Source: Albugo candida (lineage: Eukaryota). From it: DNA of 64,000 nucleotides. The stretch's first letter is position 1, and the number at the start of each line of letters is the position of its first letter. Position numbers and translations under genes: made by a program. Shown here piece after piece: positions 1 to 11,410 of the stretch. The notes beneath the pieces are model-generated. The model worked only from the letters and a program-made list of their open reading frames with translations, made no database searches and had not been told where the DNA came from. The stretch spans positions 372,001 to 436,000 of the forward strand of contig JBDOQK010000016.1 of the NCBI GenBank assembly GCA_040437565.1. The letters are read 5' to 3'.

Positions 1-317
1 ATAAATAAAACATCAACACATTGCACAAGCACACAGAATGACCGTACCGATCGTAAATTTCCCGTTTTTTGGGGTCCGACAGGACATCATAAGCGTACTT
101 CATTCTGGTAAACTACAGTAGCATTCTTCATAATTTTCACACTGTCTCAGAATGAACTCACATCTTCTTGTATTTCGGGAGAGTTTCCACGTTTGTCCGG
201 ATGTAGTTGTAAGGCCTTTTTGCGATATGCTTTTTTGAGCAATTCGGGAGTGACATCCGGATCGACTCCCAGCAGATCGTAGAATACTGTCGAATTGATT
301 GTTTTCTTGGGCGCCAT
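1..317 (-). CDS. DnaJ/Hsp40 J-domain protein, spliced, 3' end runs off the window
   Basis: ATG 317; FYDLLGV...LKKAYRKKALQLHPDK. Intron GTGAGT at 161 to TAG at 113 joins to FTRMKYAYDVLSDPKKREIYDRYG. Confidence 0.9.
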
Positions 318-1384
318 TATGCGAATGATCACGCGCGTACAATACTTCCAGTATCTCTTCCAAGTGAGATAAGAATAATGTACTCGCTGTGCATTCAGGT
401 GTGTAATTATGTACTATCCACTATTCTTGTCACCGATTGTGTACTACACTATTTAAGGGGGTAATTTCTAGCTACTACATTACTTCGTGCTTTACATCGC
501 AATATCACCAGGATCCTTACGATTATACAGATGAGCGAGCCTGTTTGCCCGAAGCGAAAGCGATTTAGTTTTTCTATTTTATTTGTGTAGGAATCTTATG
601 CTATTTCGATTGTTCTTCGGAATTTTATTGCGGTAATTACTTCTCTATCCCGAAATTAATGGATTATGGCGGAAGCGGACGACAAATGTAGCTAGCACCC
701 AGTGAGCACAACGAATGCTACATATGCTCCCCGCAAAAGGACCCTGTGTATTGATCCGACAAAAATGACGTTTGCGCTGAAATTAGTATAGACAACGTGA
801 TCGAAGTGAGTATACCCATCATTGTTCCCATAGAATCAGAGTTTGAATTGACTCATTGCTAAAATCACATTAGAGTGACTTTGAAAATGGCAAAAACTTT
901 TGCCCGAGTCAGATGGGACAATGCATCCGAAAATATCGGCTGCGACACCTTTTCAATAATTGACACTATTTTTCTGCTGACCCTTAGTGAGTCAATCTTC
1001 TTGTCTACTATATACACACTCTGCTTGAAACGCAATAGCAAATAAGTAATCATAGCAATACAATATCGTGCATCTTTGGCATGTACACGCGTGGTCCGCT
1101 TCAGACATCTACTTTATTTTGGTATACTCGATGACCCCTTCCTGGCAATATCCGCACCGTCAGCTCGGACAATGATGCTCCGATATCTCAATCTGTTGAC
1201 CAGATGATTGAATGACTATCAAGGTTGCCTTGAATGGGATCGTGGAGGAGTAAGTGTATCCGATAATGCCGAAGCTTTGTAAGTAAGGCAGTCACATAAT
1301 CAAGAGCTCTCCATGAAAATCATTAATGATGAAGAAGAAACTTGGAAAGAGCAAAAACAATAAACAACTCAGAAATCATTGTGA

Positions 1385-2049
1385 TTAATGCTCTTCATTC
1401 TCGCAGTGTTCCTGATACGAACTTTCGTCCATAAGATCATCCAAATCTGCAGGATTATCGACCTATTGATTTCACATCGAGTTAGATTACGAATTATAAG
1501 CATCTTAGTTGCATACATTGATCTTGATAAACCAGCCCTTGCCCATAGCATCTTCATTCACTAAATGTGAATTCTCTGCCAATTGCTACACATCAACGCC
1601 CTTTAGTTATTATATAATTTTACTCCCCAGCAAGTAATTCACCTCGTTTATAGCCACAACTTTTCCTGTGACCGGTGTGAAGGTATCACTTGCAGTCTTT
1701 ACTGACTCGACTGCACCAAATACATCACTGTGTGAATGCGATTTGTGAGCGCAAAGCGGTGCATACAGTTTTATGTTCCTTACCCTTTCGAAAACGTTTC
1801 TCCAACAGATGGAAGCTCCACGTAAACCACATCACCCAAAGAGTTTTGGGCAAAATCGGTGATACCGATCGTCCCTACCTTTCCTTCGACCTTAATATAC
1901 TCGTGTTGTGGAGTGTAATACGTTGAGAAAAATGAATGGAAAGGAAGATTTCCAGTCGATACAAATTGTGCAATTTTTTTCACGTGTTGTCGATGACGCA
2001 ATACATTGTGCGGTAGCTTTGAAAAGCGGCAAATCGATGCCAACGACAT
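1385..2049 (-). CDS. GCSH: Glycine cleavage system H protein, mitochondrial, 4 exons
   Basis: Basic presequence, then [32 protein letters not shown]. Later exons give [12 protein letters not shown] (lipoyl-Lys), [15 protein letters not shown] and [16 protein letters not shown]. Confidence 0.95.
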
Positions 2050-2341
2050 GAGCTTTTAAATTTCTGAGCGAGTTGATAGCGCCGCGATTCTCAATACAAG
2101 CCCCTCCCAACTACAATCACTTTTTTAATAAAGCTCCCTGCTTGCGCGCCGCAACTTCAAACTTCAATTTGCACCGTAATTCATTCCATCAAAATGACGA
2201 GCTTCTACGAGACTTTTGAGAGTTACCAATCCAAATCGCATAAACTAACTTGTAATATTACGCCTTTCTATCAAAGATCAAGCGATTCTCATGAATAATA
2301 CCCTTAAGAATTGTTTATCATACAATGTATTAGCACAAACG

Positions 2342-5300
2342 CTACACAGCCAAACATAACGCTCGATCTATATCAATACCATTGAGCCGACAGCAGCCGA
2401 TAACCCTTTCCGGAAGCTCTTCTTCTGTTTCTCCTTGTAGAACAAACGCGATATCAATCACCAAACTCGCAGTCTTATTCAAAAGCAAATGGATGCCACG
2501 ACGTGCGACATACGAAAATGTGTGAAGATCCACAACCATCTCAATATTCCCATCTTCGTACTGGTACAATCGGTGTTGTGGTCGCGTGAGTACAGGCGTG
2601 GCGTTATGGCTGTGCAATAACCGCTTTGCAACGCCACTGATGCCACAATCTTGTTCATTGGCAACTTGGGCAATCACTTTGAATCGATCGATTATAGCGG
2701 CATTCTTCTCGTTCGTTGCAGTCAAGAATCGCTGGAGAAGACACAAGTATCCGTCTGTGGGGTTTAGCATTTCGGAAAAGATTTTCTCAGGAATCCGCCA
2801 ATAAAGCACAAGATTATATCCCGGTCCGTCGGCATTGGCATCACCCCACATGGTCGGGCTGTAATGTGGAAGCTGGGCATTGATGATGAAAAGTCTGTCC
2901 GATTGGTCAGGAAGCTCAATATGTGTGAGTATTCGGTCGACTTTACGCTCCGTTCGGAATAAATCGGCTCCAATATATTCGAAGAGAGCTGTATCGGACG
3001 CCTATCAAAGAAATTAGACAAATCAAGAAGCTCCGGTTTGCATGAATCACCTCTTTTCGTCTTGACTTTTTGTAGTCTCGACTACGCACTTGGAAGGTTT
3101 GAGCATCCACAGGGAGGCAGCAATGTGATGAGACGGATAATGCATCGCGATGAAACATTGATGAGCCCAGTGGTATCCTCTGAGCACTTGAGCGAGCAGC
3201 TTCACAGTCCAGTCGAAAGCTACCGGTTGAGTCGATTTTCGAATGTTGTGGATTTGTGTGGCTTGGACCATGAAGGCAGCAGATTTCTTTATTTGGACAC
3301 GATTCCGATGACTTTTTAGAATTGGAAATATCCGAAACAATTCGTTGTTTGACATGGAAATGACGGTCAAAATCGTAGATTTGTTCTCGCATAGGGCCAT
3401 ATGAAGCCAATACGAAAAAGAGACTTGCAATGGCCGCAACCAGCAATTTCGACATCACATTCTCACTTGCAAAGCACTTTACAGCAATGATATTAACAAT
3501 GAATCCGACGATACAGCATTCCTTTTGACCAACGACACACACTTGGAATTTCCACCTCGTACGTCCTGTCGATGGCGGAAGACAATTGATACGCGGAAGA
3601 GAAAGAACAGGCTTGACGGCAGCATGATTTGGTCGCGGCGGCAATTCTTGCTCGACTGCCGATTTGCCTGAGGCCTCTTGATTAACAGCTGTGGATGTCA
3701 TCCCCATTCGATCGTCTTTCAAAATCTCAGTCGTGATACTCGGATCGATTTCGTGATCTTCCTTGGTCACAAAATCCTCTGCCTCCTGTAACTTTTGTCG
3801 ATACAGTTGTTGATGGGAGAGCACTGGTGCTACAGCTGCAAGGTCAATTCTTCATCTTCGTGACAGAAAAGTGTGCTTACTTGTAGCCTTGTTCTGCACA
3901 TGTTTTCGGTCAATCGCTTCTGACAGTGCATGTGTCCACCGTTCAAAGTCGTTTTCATTATCAGCGCACAGCTACAGCGACGATCCATCAAATTGGCCCG
4001 GCAGGAAAATAAGCAGCATCTTGCTCACCTTGTACTGGACGCCACGTTTGGAGCCAATCCCGTCCAAAGAGACACTGGAAACTTGAAAAAAGTATTGCGT
4101 TGGTGCATTTCTGGCGAGCGATTTTTCAAACAGCAGAGAAGCACTCTCCAAATTGAGGTCGATCTCGCCACGAAACCACGGATGTGTCTTGTTCATGTAC
4201 AGCAAAGTCTGCGGCTTGTCATTCCACCTGGTTTCAATGTAGTGTTCACCCGAGCTGGAGGTGTTGGAAACGGTCGTGCCGCCCGACTCATTCGAAGGGA
4301 CAGGAATTGCATGGGTAGAGCCCATTTCCGTCTCAATATTCAAATTCTCATCTTTTGCCCCCGGTATCGTACTTTCACCATGAGTCAAGCCAGCTTCTGG
4401 TTGCGTGGTAACGAGACCCGGAGCTTGATCTACCTGACGATCAGGCGGCATTCCCAGTTCCACATCATCCATTTGCACGACATTACCATTCGGAGAAGCT
4501 TCCATGTAATTTGCTGGATTATATCGATAATACGAAAGCACTCCAATCTGACGATCCAACACAAACCAGCGCCGATGCCAAGATCTCTTCGACCACTTTC
4601 CGTCGCTTATTTTGTGCAAATATCCACACACGTAATATCTACTAGATCGAGAGTCTGATGAGAAGAACCCACCAGCCATGAGGGAAGCCGAAACAGAATC
4701 AAGCTCTGGTGCTGAAGGTCGACCGGAGAAGGTTGTGATCGGAGATGAAACAGTCTGATGTTTTCCGCCATGAAGTATACTTCGTCCAACATTGCCGACA
4801 CGAGAAATTCCACCATTAACAGCCTTACCAAAACGCCCCATATTTGGTGCATGCCGTTTACCTCGCCGTCGACCATTATGTCCTGTTGGAGTTTTTACTA
4901 CACCAGAAGCAAGTTTTGAAGATTGCGGATGAGCATCCTGAGGAACGTCCATAGAGTGTACTCTTCCTCTATTTTCGTTGACAAACTTTCGTTGATGGAT
5001 CACTGGATTGCTCTTGACGCTGAGCGGGTCATTCATCTGCTGAATTTTACTACTCTCCAAGCATTCGTCAAAATCGGAAATTTGATCAGAGTCATAAAGC
5101 TCATCGGAATCCTCGCCGCTGTCTTCTCCACTAACAAAGTCAAAGCTTGCAAAGCGAGTGGAATGCCCCTCACGACACGTCGGGCTATGATCGAGTCGAC
5201 CATCATGAGTTTCCGGGTGAATTATGTCTTCGTCTGTTTGCGAAGCTGGAGGAAGATGTCGGGCGATAAACTAGAGCGAGTATCTCAGCTAGCTCTCGAG

Positions 5301-5909
5301 CACAAAATGTCAATACAAACTTACGTTCATGGTGGAGGGGTAGCGATGGATCCACTCGATGAATTGCGATTTTGCCAAATGTCTTGAGTTTGTTAGAGAG
5401 CATTCTTCAAATACATTATAAAGTTGCTTGAAGGTGCACGTATTAGCAACCTGTCGAGCGATTTTCATACAGTTTACCTTTGGAACATTATCAATTTGGC
5501 CTAGATACTCAAGAAGGGCCATGAAGTCGCTTTTCCAAATAGTGGGATCCTCATGTCTGTAAGAAGAATGTAAAGGAGATTGGCCGGACAACATTGGCAG
5601 CACTGACCGCTCGGCACCTTCCATGATATTGAACATTGTGAAGAGATAATGCAATCGATCTTCCGTGCTTCCTCTATAGTGAATTGTGCATTTTATATGA
5701 CTTTTGATCGAAGATTTTATCACTTACTCGAGAGACAACAACAGACGACATATGAAGGCCTCACGTGATATGAAGTCGCCATTGCTTTCTTCAAGCCAAT
5801 GCATTGCGTGTTCTATCGATTCTTTGTCACAGATAGCTCTTTTTGGAAATGAACGAGTACCTCCCAAAAGATTTCGAAGCAATTTGGAAGCGATCACATG
5901 CGATTTCAT
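2342..5909 (-). CDS. Multi-exon protein: degenerate EF-hand-like N-terminus + PH domain + EDR2 C-terminal (DUF1336) domain
   Basis: PH: CGYLHKISDGKWSKRSWHRRWFVLD. DUF1336: FQVRSRDYKKSRRK, RFKVIAQV, PVLTRPQH, IDIAFVLQGETEEELPERVIGC. Splicing GTAAGT at ~5324 to CTAG at ~5271 links the 5310-5723 ORF in frame to the 3972-5060 ORF. Confidence 0.8.
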
Positions 5910-6518
5910 CGCAATGAGCTGCTGTTTGTCATTTTCGACCGCAACGCCCTTTAACGTAAACGTAAGAGATTTGTTATAGAAGCAGCGTTTGTATCGCTTT
6001 ATATGACCTTAAATGTGAGCCAGGCAACTGTAAATTCTGCAGGGTCGACTGGCGATAAGACGACGTTTAAGTATCAATTTGCATAGCAACTAAAGTGACG
6101 TCTGCCGACGTACAGACTCGAAATGGCTGATGATAGAGTGATATTGAACCTCCCATAACTCCAATGTGATCAGATCGCAAGTTATGCAATTCGAAAACTA
6201 TTTTTCGGTGTATTCAATTCAACTTTTTAGTTTTCACGATTTTTGGCGTTTCGTGACAAGAATTCATGAATCTATGGATTTAGGTAAGTAGACTCCCTGA
6301 AAATAGATATTACGAAAAAGTAGTATCTACCCCTGAGGACTGATTGCGGAGGGTAGAGTGATAAAGAAGTTGACGGGCAACGGCATTGCCAATTATCTCC
6401 GAAATTAAAGGGTACCTCTTCATATGCGCTAACATACAGATCGCTAGCGAGAAGATTTTTTTTAGGCTGAGATCGAATGTTTCTATGAAAAAGACTTGGA
6501 ATGTATGTTCGTGAACGT

Positions 6519-7616
6519 CTAGCTATTGTGAGTAATGCCGTCTTGAGCGAGGGACTCGAGTAGCTGCTTTGCAACCTCATTGGTCCTAATCTTAGCTTTT
6601 TCCAGACATTGTTTTAGGATATAGGGTGATAGTAGCGTTCCACCGGGTTTGTATACGCCACAGAGCTGCAAGTATAAGTGATATCAACAAAGGAGACTTG
6701 AGAAAAGAAGACATCTTACCTGATTATCTGTGGTATGAATGATGTTGAAGGTGGAAGATGCTAGACCTTCTTCCTCACTGCTTGGGTCAATGAGAACTTG
6801 ATCATTTACAATGGCGAATGAAGTAGCACACAAAAGATGCTGCATTCTGAGTGGTCGGGATTCTTCATCTACCTCCAAGTCTCAATAAATCTCAAGTCAA
6901 ATTTCTACTTGTAGCGTACCTGGATCAATCTCAACTTTGTGGTCCACCTCAGATACCAGCGTTGCTGGTAATCGCAAGGTTTGAAGTGCTGCCATGATAG
7001 ACAACAGCGATACTTCTAAAATATTTCCATCGTAATCGACGCAATATACGTCAATCATCACATTCCACGCTGATTTTCCCTCTTCGATGCACAGTTGAGT
7101 GAGATCGATCATGCGAGTTCTGTGCCAAATAGTGAGCCTTCTAGTACACACAACTGATGCTGTGTTGCTTACCGTCGAATAATTCGAGAAATATGACTAC
7201 TGACGGCATTCGCTTCCTCACATGCACGTCCAACGTTATATCGAGTCGAGCAAAGTGGTGTCAAATGAATTTGGACAGCTACAATCGCAGTACTCTGAAA
7301 ATATGAACAGAAGAAAGTATCAATGCATTCATTTGGTAATACCTATATCTCCTTGCTCTTGAGTATCAATAGTGGGCGTCCCCACCGCCAGTCGTATGCC
7401 AGTAATGACCGAGGTGTTCTCGAGCTTCACTAAACTTGAGCTATTGCAGCTACTAATGACATTTCTTTGCAAGTGTAGCGTCCGACAGGAGTTAAAGCTA
7501 CGTGCGTCAGTTCGTATCTTATTATCGAGGCACTTTGTGATGTATTCCTCGACGAATAACTTGCGATACACAGACGGAGCAAAATTGACCGCGATCGTAT
7601 TTGTTGGTGTCGTCAT
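6519..7616 (-). CDS. RRP43: Exosome complex RNase PH-like subunit RRP43 (EXOSC8), spliced
   Basis: EEYITKCLDNKIRTDARSFNSCR...SSLVKLENTSVITGI; AWNVMIDVYCVDYDGN; LIDPSSEEEGL; last exon LCGVYKPGG...NS*. Confidence 0.85.
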
Positions 7617-7690
7617 GTCTAGCAAATAGTGTTGCGTACACCAGACGGAAGCTGAATTGGCGTGTTTTCCTTAATTCCGTCCTGTCATCG

Positions 7691-8505
7691 ATGGTGAGCT
7701 GGGGAGAACTTATTTTAACGCTCACTGCGGCGAGCTATGTAATAGGAAGAAAAGAGCTTCCAAAAATTGGTAATATCGCTGGTATGTACACTGGTAGAGC
7801 TGTTGGAGCAATCATTCGCGCGAAAAAAGAGTTTTTTGATGCAACAAAAGATAGCAAAGTCGTTCAGGTAGCTGATGCTGTCACAATCTCTTCGCTAATG
7901 TACGATGACTTGAATTTTTATATCAATGTAGATGCAGCGAGAATTGCAAAAGGGTATCGACGAACTGAATGATATTAGACGTGAGTTGGCGAGTGTGGGA
8001 AGCATCAAGAGACCTTATCAGCCAGAAGGTAGCTTGAACAAGGCCGGGACCGACCAAAAGGATATTCAGTCAGGACCAGAAGCAACAAATAAAAATGCGG
8101 TGGCTTCCTCGGGGATGTATCAAAAGAATATATCAAGACCAGATCATTCAACATCCGCATCATGGGGATCGAGTTTATCGCTAGCATCCAGTCACTTGCT
8201 CGAATCTTCTGATGCTTCTCATTTTGAAAACGACGCTGCTGCTTTGGCAATTGCAGAAATGAAGCTTTCACGTCGCGATAATACGTATACAACACGGATA
8301 GGTGCGTTGAGATTATGTCATTTGATCACCAATCATTAAATCACTCACTATAGAAAGCTTGGAAGGAGGCGCAGACTACGTATCGGCATCTATTGTTGAT
8401 AGCTTATTAATCAAACCCTTATGCGAAAGTGGTGATGAGAAAAAGTCACATAAAGGCTGTAGCTTGCAAGTTCTTGATGAAGTAGACGCCAAAAAAGTTG
8501 AATAG
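7691..8505 (+). CDS. tatB: TatB-like twin-arginine translocase subunit (mitochondrial type), 3 exons
   Basis: MVSWGELILTLTAASYVIGRKELPKIGNIAGMYTGRA matches the TatA/B signature (E in TM, G-hinge, LP amphipathic helix). Introns 7868-7931 and 8302-8353. C-terminal GGADYVSASIV. Confidence 0.75.
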
Positions 8506-8784
8506 CACAATTCATCCATAAACCGATAATTGATTGTATGCGTATACTGGCGCCTCGCTATTGGTGCTGCTACTAATCAGTAAACAGCAGATCAGCTAAT
8601 TCAACGACTATCCGACGCACGATAGCGGAATAGTGCATTCGTGGGGAGTAGATCATTCTCCGATTATAATTTCTATCAATTGATACTGTCTAAAGCATTG
8701 CAGAATTGATCTTGCACGAAGTCGGCATCCACGGGTGTCAAAACGCTCTGTGTTTGCCTCATCTGTTAAGCATATACTGAAAAG

Positions 8785-9372
8785 TTACTTCAATGTTTTC
8801 TTTTTTTTATTCCTGTAAAAATCGCCTTTCCTATCATGGTAGTAATACACAAAAACCACGGCATCCTTCCAAGATACTAATGGAAGCCTTATTGAAGTTC
8901 TAAGCTTATGGTCAAATGAATGGGAGTTTACGGCCCTACGGCTGGCTAGAAAGTATGCGGTCATTTCTGCGTGCGACCACTCGATCGTGCTGCTACACAA
9001 GACAAAGTGACAGCTGAGAATGTTGCGGCTTTCACTCTTGGAAGCTGTGACGACGTCGCGGTTTAAAGGATCTATGAAATGGTCCTCAAACATCGAGTTG
9101 TCTCGTAGGACTAAATACAACGGAGACCTCTTTCCATCTTTTGCTGAAAAATGCGTCTGCATTTTGATGTCAACGTTTTGCGCACTGGTTTTGAGTCCTT
9201 CGTGCAGCCGGAAAAACGCTCTGGAATTTGGTAGAGTAATGAACTTACTGATTCGATTCTCGCCTTGAGAGCGCAATGAGAATATAGCTGTATGGAAACG
9301 CTTTAGTTGAAGTAAATGAAGCAATGAGCTGTTTCGAATCAGATTCTCTGCGCTAGCTTCAGAAAAACTCAT
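8785..9372 (-). CDS. Hypothetical 195-aa ORF, possibly the remnant of a lineage-specific secreted gene
   Basis: ORF length only; no recognisable domain. Confidence 0.3.
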   Translation of the reverse strand: MSFSEASAENLIRNSSLLHLLQLKRFHTAIFSLRSQGENRISKFITLPNSRAFFRLHEGLKTSAQNVDIKMQTHFSAKDGKRSPLYLVLRDNSMFEDHFIDPLNRDVVTASKSESRNILSCHFVLCSSTIEWSHAEMTAYFLASRRAVNSHSFDHKLRTSIRLPLVSWKDAVVFVYYYHDRKGDFYRNKKKKTLK

Positions 9373-9647
9373 TAGTAACGCGAGTTTCGTCTCATGTCAT
9401 TATTTACGAAAAGTATTCTGTGATGATCTCGACAAGAGCAGCATTCATGCATTAGACACCGGAATGAGCTAGTACTCTCTCATTGCAAAAGAACAAGGGA
9501 AAAGGTGCTATGCACAAACGTTCTAGCCATAAAAGACAGTGACCAGTGATTCTGCGAAGCAAAACTTAAAGACGCAAGTTCAAATGACTCCCGGACTTTT
9601 ATAAAATAATGCTGAAGACTTTTCCGCGATTTACAATGCAATCGAAC

Positions 9648-11245
9648 TCATTGCTCCATTGCATTCAGACGATCGTCTCGCAATCTTTTTTGCAAGTTTG
9701 AAAGAAAACATAGCGCTCCTTCTACTGTGTGTCTTCTTTTAACATTATCGCTATGCATCCTCATTTGTAATTGTTGTAGCAATAAATCGCTGGGATACGC
9801 AATCAGTTGACCAAATTGATACATATCATGACAAGATCGATACACATGCCCATAATCAGAACTCTTCAAGGGGTCGAGTACTCGAGAATTTAATAAATCA
9901 TCAGGCATCCGATCACCATCACGTCTAGCGTTTTCAAAATCAGCCAGAATGTAGGAATCGTCTCCCACACACAAAATATCGGCCAGCGGATTTCTCAATG
10001 AACTGTACATGCAAACCAACAAGAGCATGAGCGATACAAATAAACGCAGGAATCAGCTCCAAACCATTGCTCGGTAGCTTTCTAAGACCCACTGGCTGCA
10101 ATCTGTACGTTCGTTTCATTCTATTGTAGTGGCAACGAACGGTGCATTGAATTTAGTTCCGCCTTATTGCTTCATAAATTGGCATTACTGCCGCAAAATC
10201 GTATTTGTCTTGTCTGAGTTGTTTCAATAAGTAATCTTCGTAAAGTGTAAGACTTCCATTGTTTCCCGGCATTTTCTTGTACAATGGCAAAAATCAGCGT
10301 GTTGATAGAGGTGGATAGTGGTTGAGAATCCGACATGATCGATGATACAACACATCGAATGCGCTGCCTTAAAAATGTCAAAATTGAGCACTTGTGATAT
10401 TGGATAGATGTTTAACGAACGATCTATGACAAGAAATTGCACCCATGAATTGGCCGTGGCATATGCATTTAGAAACGGCATCTATTCAAACAGAGACAAG
10501 TGCATTTTTGCCATTTTTGCAACCACTTCCATCTTGGCTAGGTCTAATTCACTCGTAGATCCTTTTTCTTTTCCTTTCACCACCAAAACATTGTCCAGCG
10601 ATAGTAAAAATTCTGCTTCTGCTCGGTTTGGATGTTGCATCATAATGTTTTTATTTGTATACTTTCTGCCAGCTTGGAAACATTTCGAGGATAAGTGCCG
10701 TATCGGATTTCGAATCAGCATATCCCACCATTTAATATTTGCGCCTTCAGCGTCAGAAACGTAAAAAGTCGTATTGAAGCACATTCAAATACACTTGGTG
10801 TGATAACTCCGTCTTTAGAATGCTCGAAAAACTCCGGCCACTCATTAATCAATGTATTATCACTGGCCGGATATCTCATAGGTACGGGGGTCGAACAAAC
10901 GCTCCCAGTTTTTCAGACGTAGTGAGAGCACTCATGTCTACATACCGCGATTTCTGCGCATTTATGCATTTTTATCTACAGGTACTCTTTGTAATTTTCA
11001 AGCATTTACTGGCAACTAAACCAGTACATGGATTACCTTCGATTTTGGTACATTCTGATCGAAAAAGTCCTGCGACTCGTAAGCCGGGTCCATGAACGAA
11101 CAGTGTCATCAGACCTAAGAAACTCGCAATTCTTCGCCAAATAAAGTGTCAGCTGACAGAAGTCAGTCACACTGTATTGTATTCACCATCTTGTAAAAAA
11201 AGCTAACTTGCCTATCGCTATCGATGTCAAAGTACGCCTCCATCA
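9648..11245 (-). pseudogene. CRN: Crinkler (CRN) effector pseudogene with C-terminal REase-like + kinase module
   Basis: QLTLYLAK at ~11133-11156; VIHVLV*LP at ~11010-11036; EFLLSLDNVLVVKGKEK...PFLNAYATA. The catalytic loop is decayed to VH*EIRWP(fs)ILC at ~9970-10003, followed by LADFE. Several stops and frameshifts. Confidence 0.85.
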
Positions 11246-11253
11246 TCAAGACG

Positions 11254-11410
11254 AAGATTATTGGTCTTGTAATTCCAGTACATTTTGATCTTATCTTTTA
11301 CTGGCGTGCCCCTTGCATTGTACATAAACAGCACGTTGGAGTTTGCAATCAGTTTCGGATACGTCTTGTCGACATGATCATCTGATTGATCCATGATCCA
11401 TAATCCAGTG
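11254..11410 (+). repeat. ~157 bp direct repeat, copy 1
   Basis: aagattattggtcttgtaattccagtac...gatccataatccagtg recurs at 16851-17012 with a few substitutions and indels. Confidence 0.95.

Noticed and set aside
666-1300. Possible small spliced plus-strand gene (MAEADDK...)
   Set aside because: Could not assemble an open spliced frame or recognise a family.
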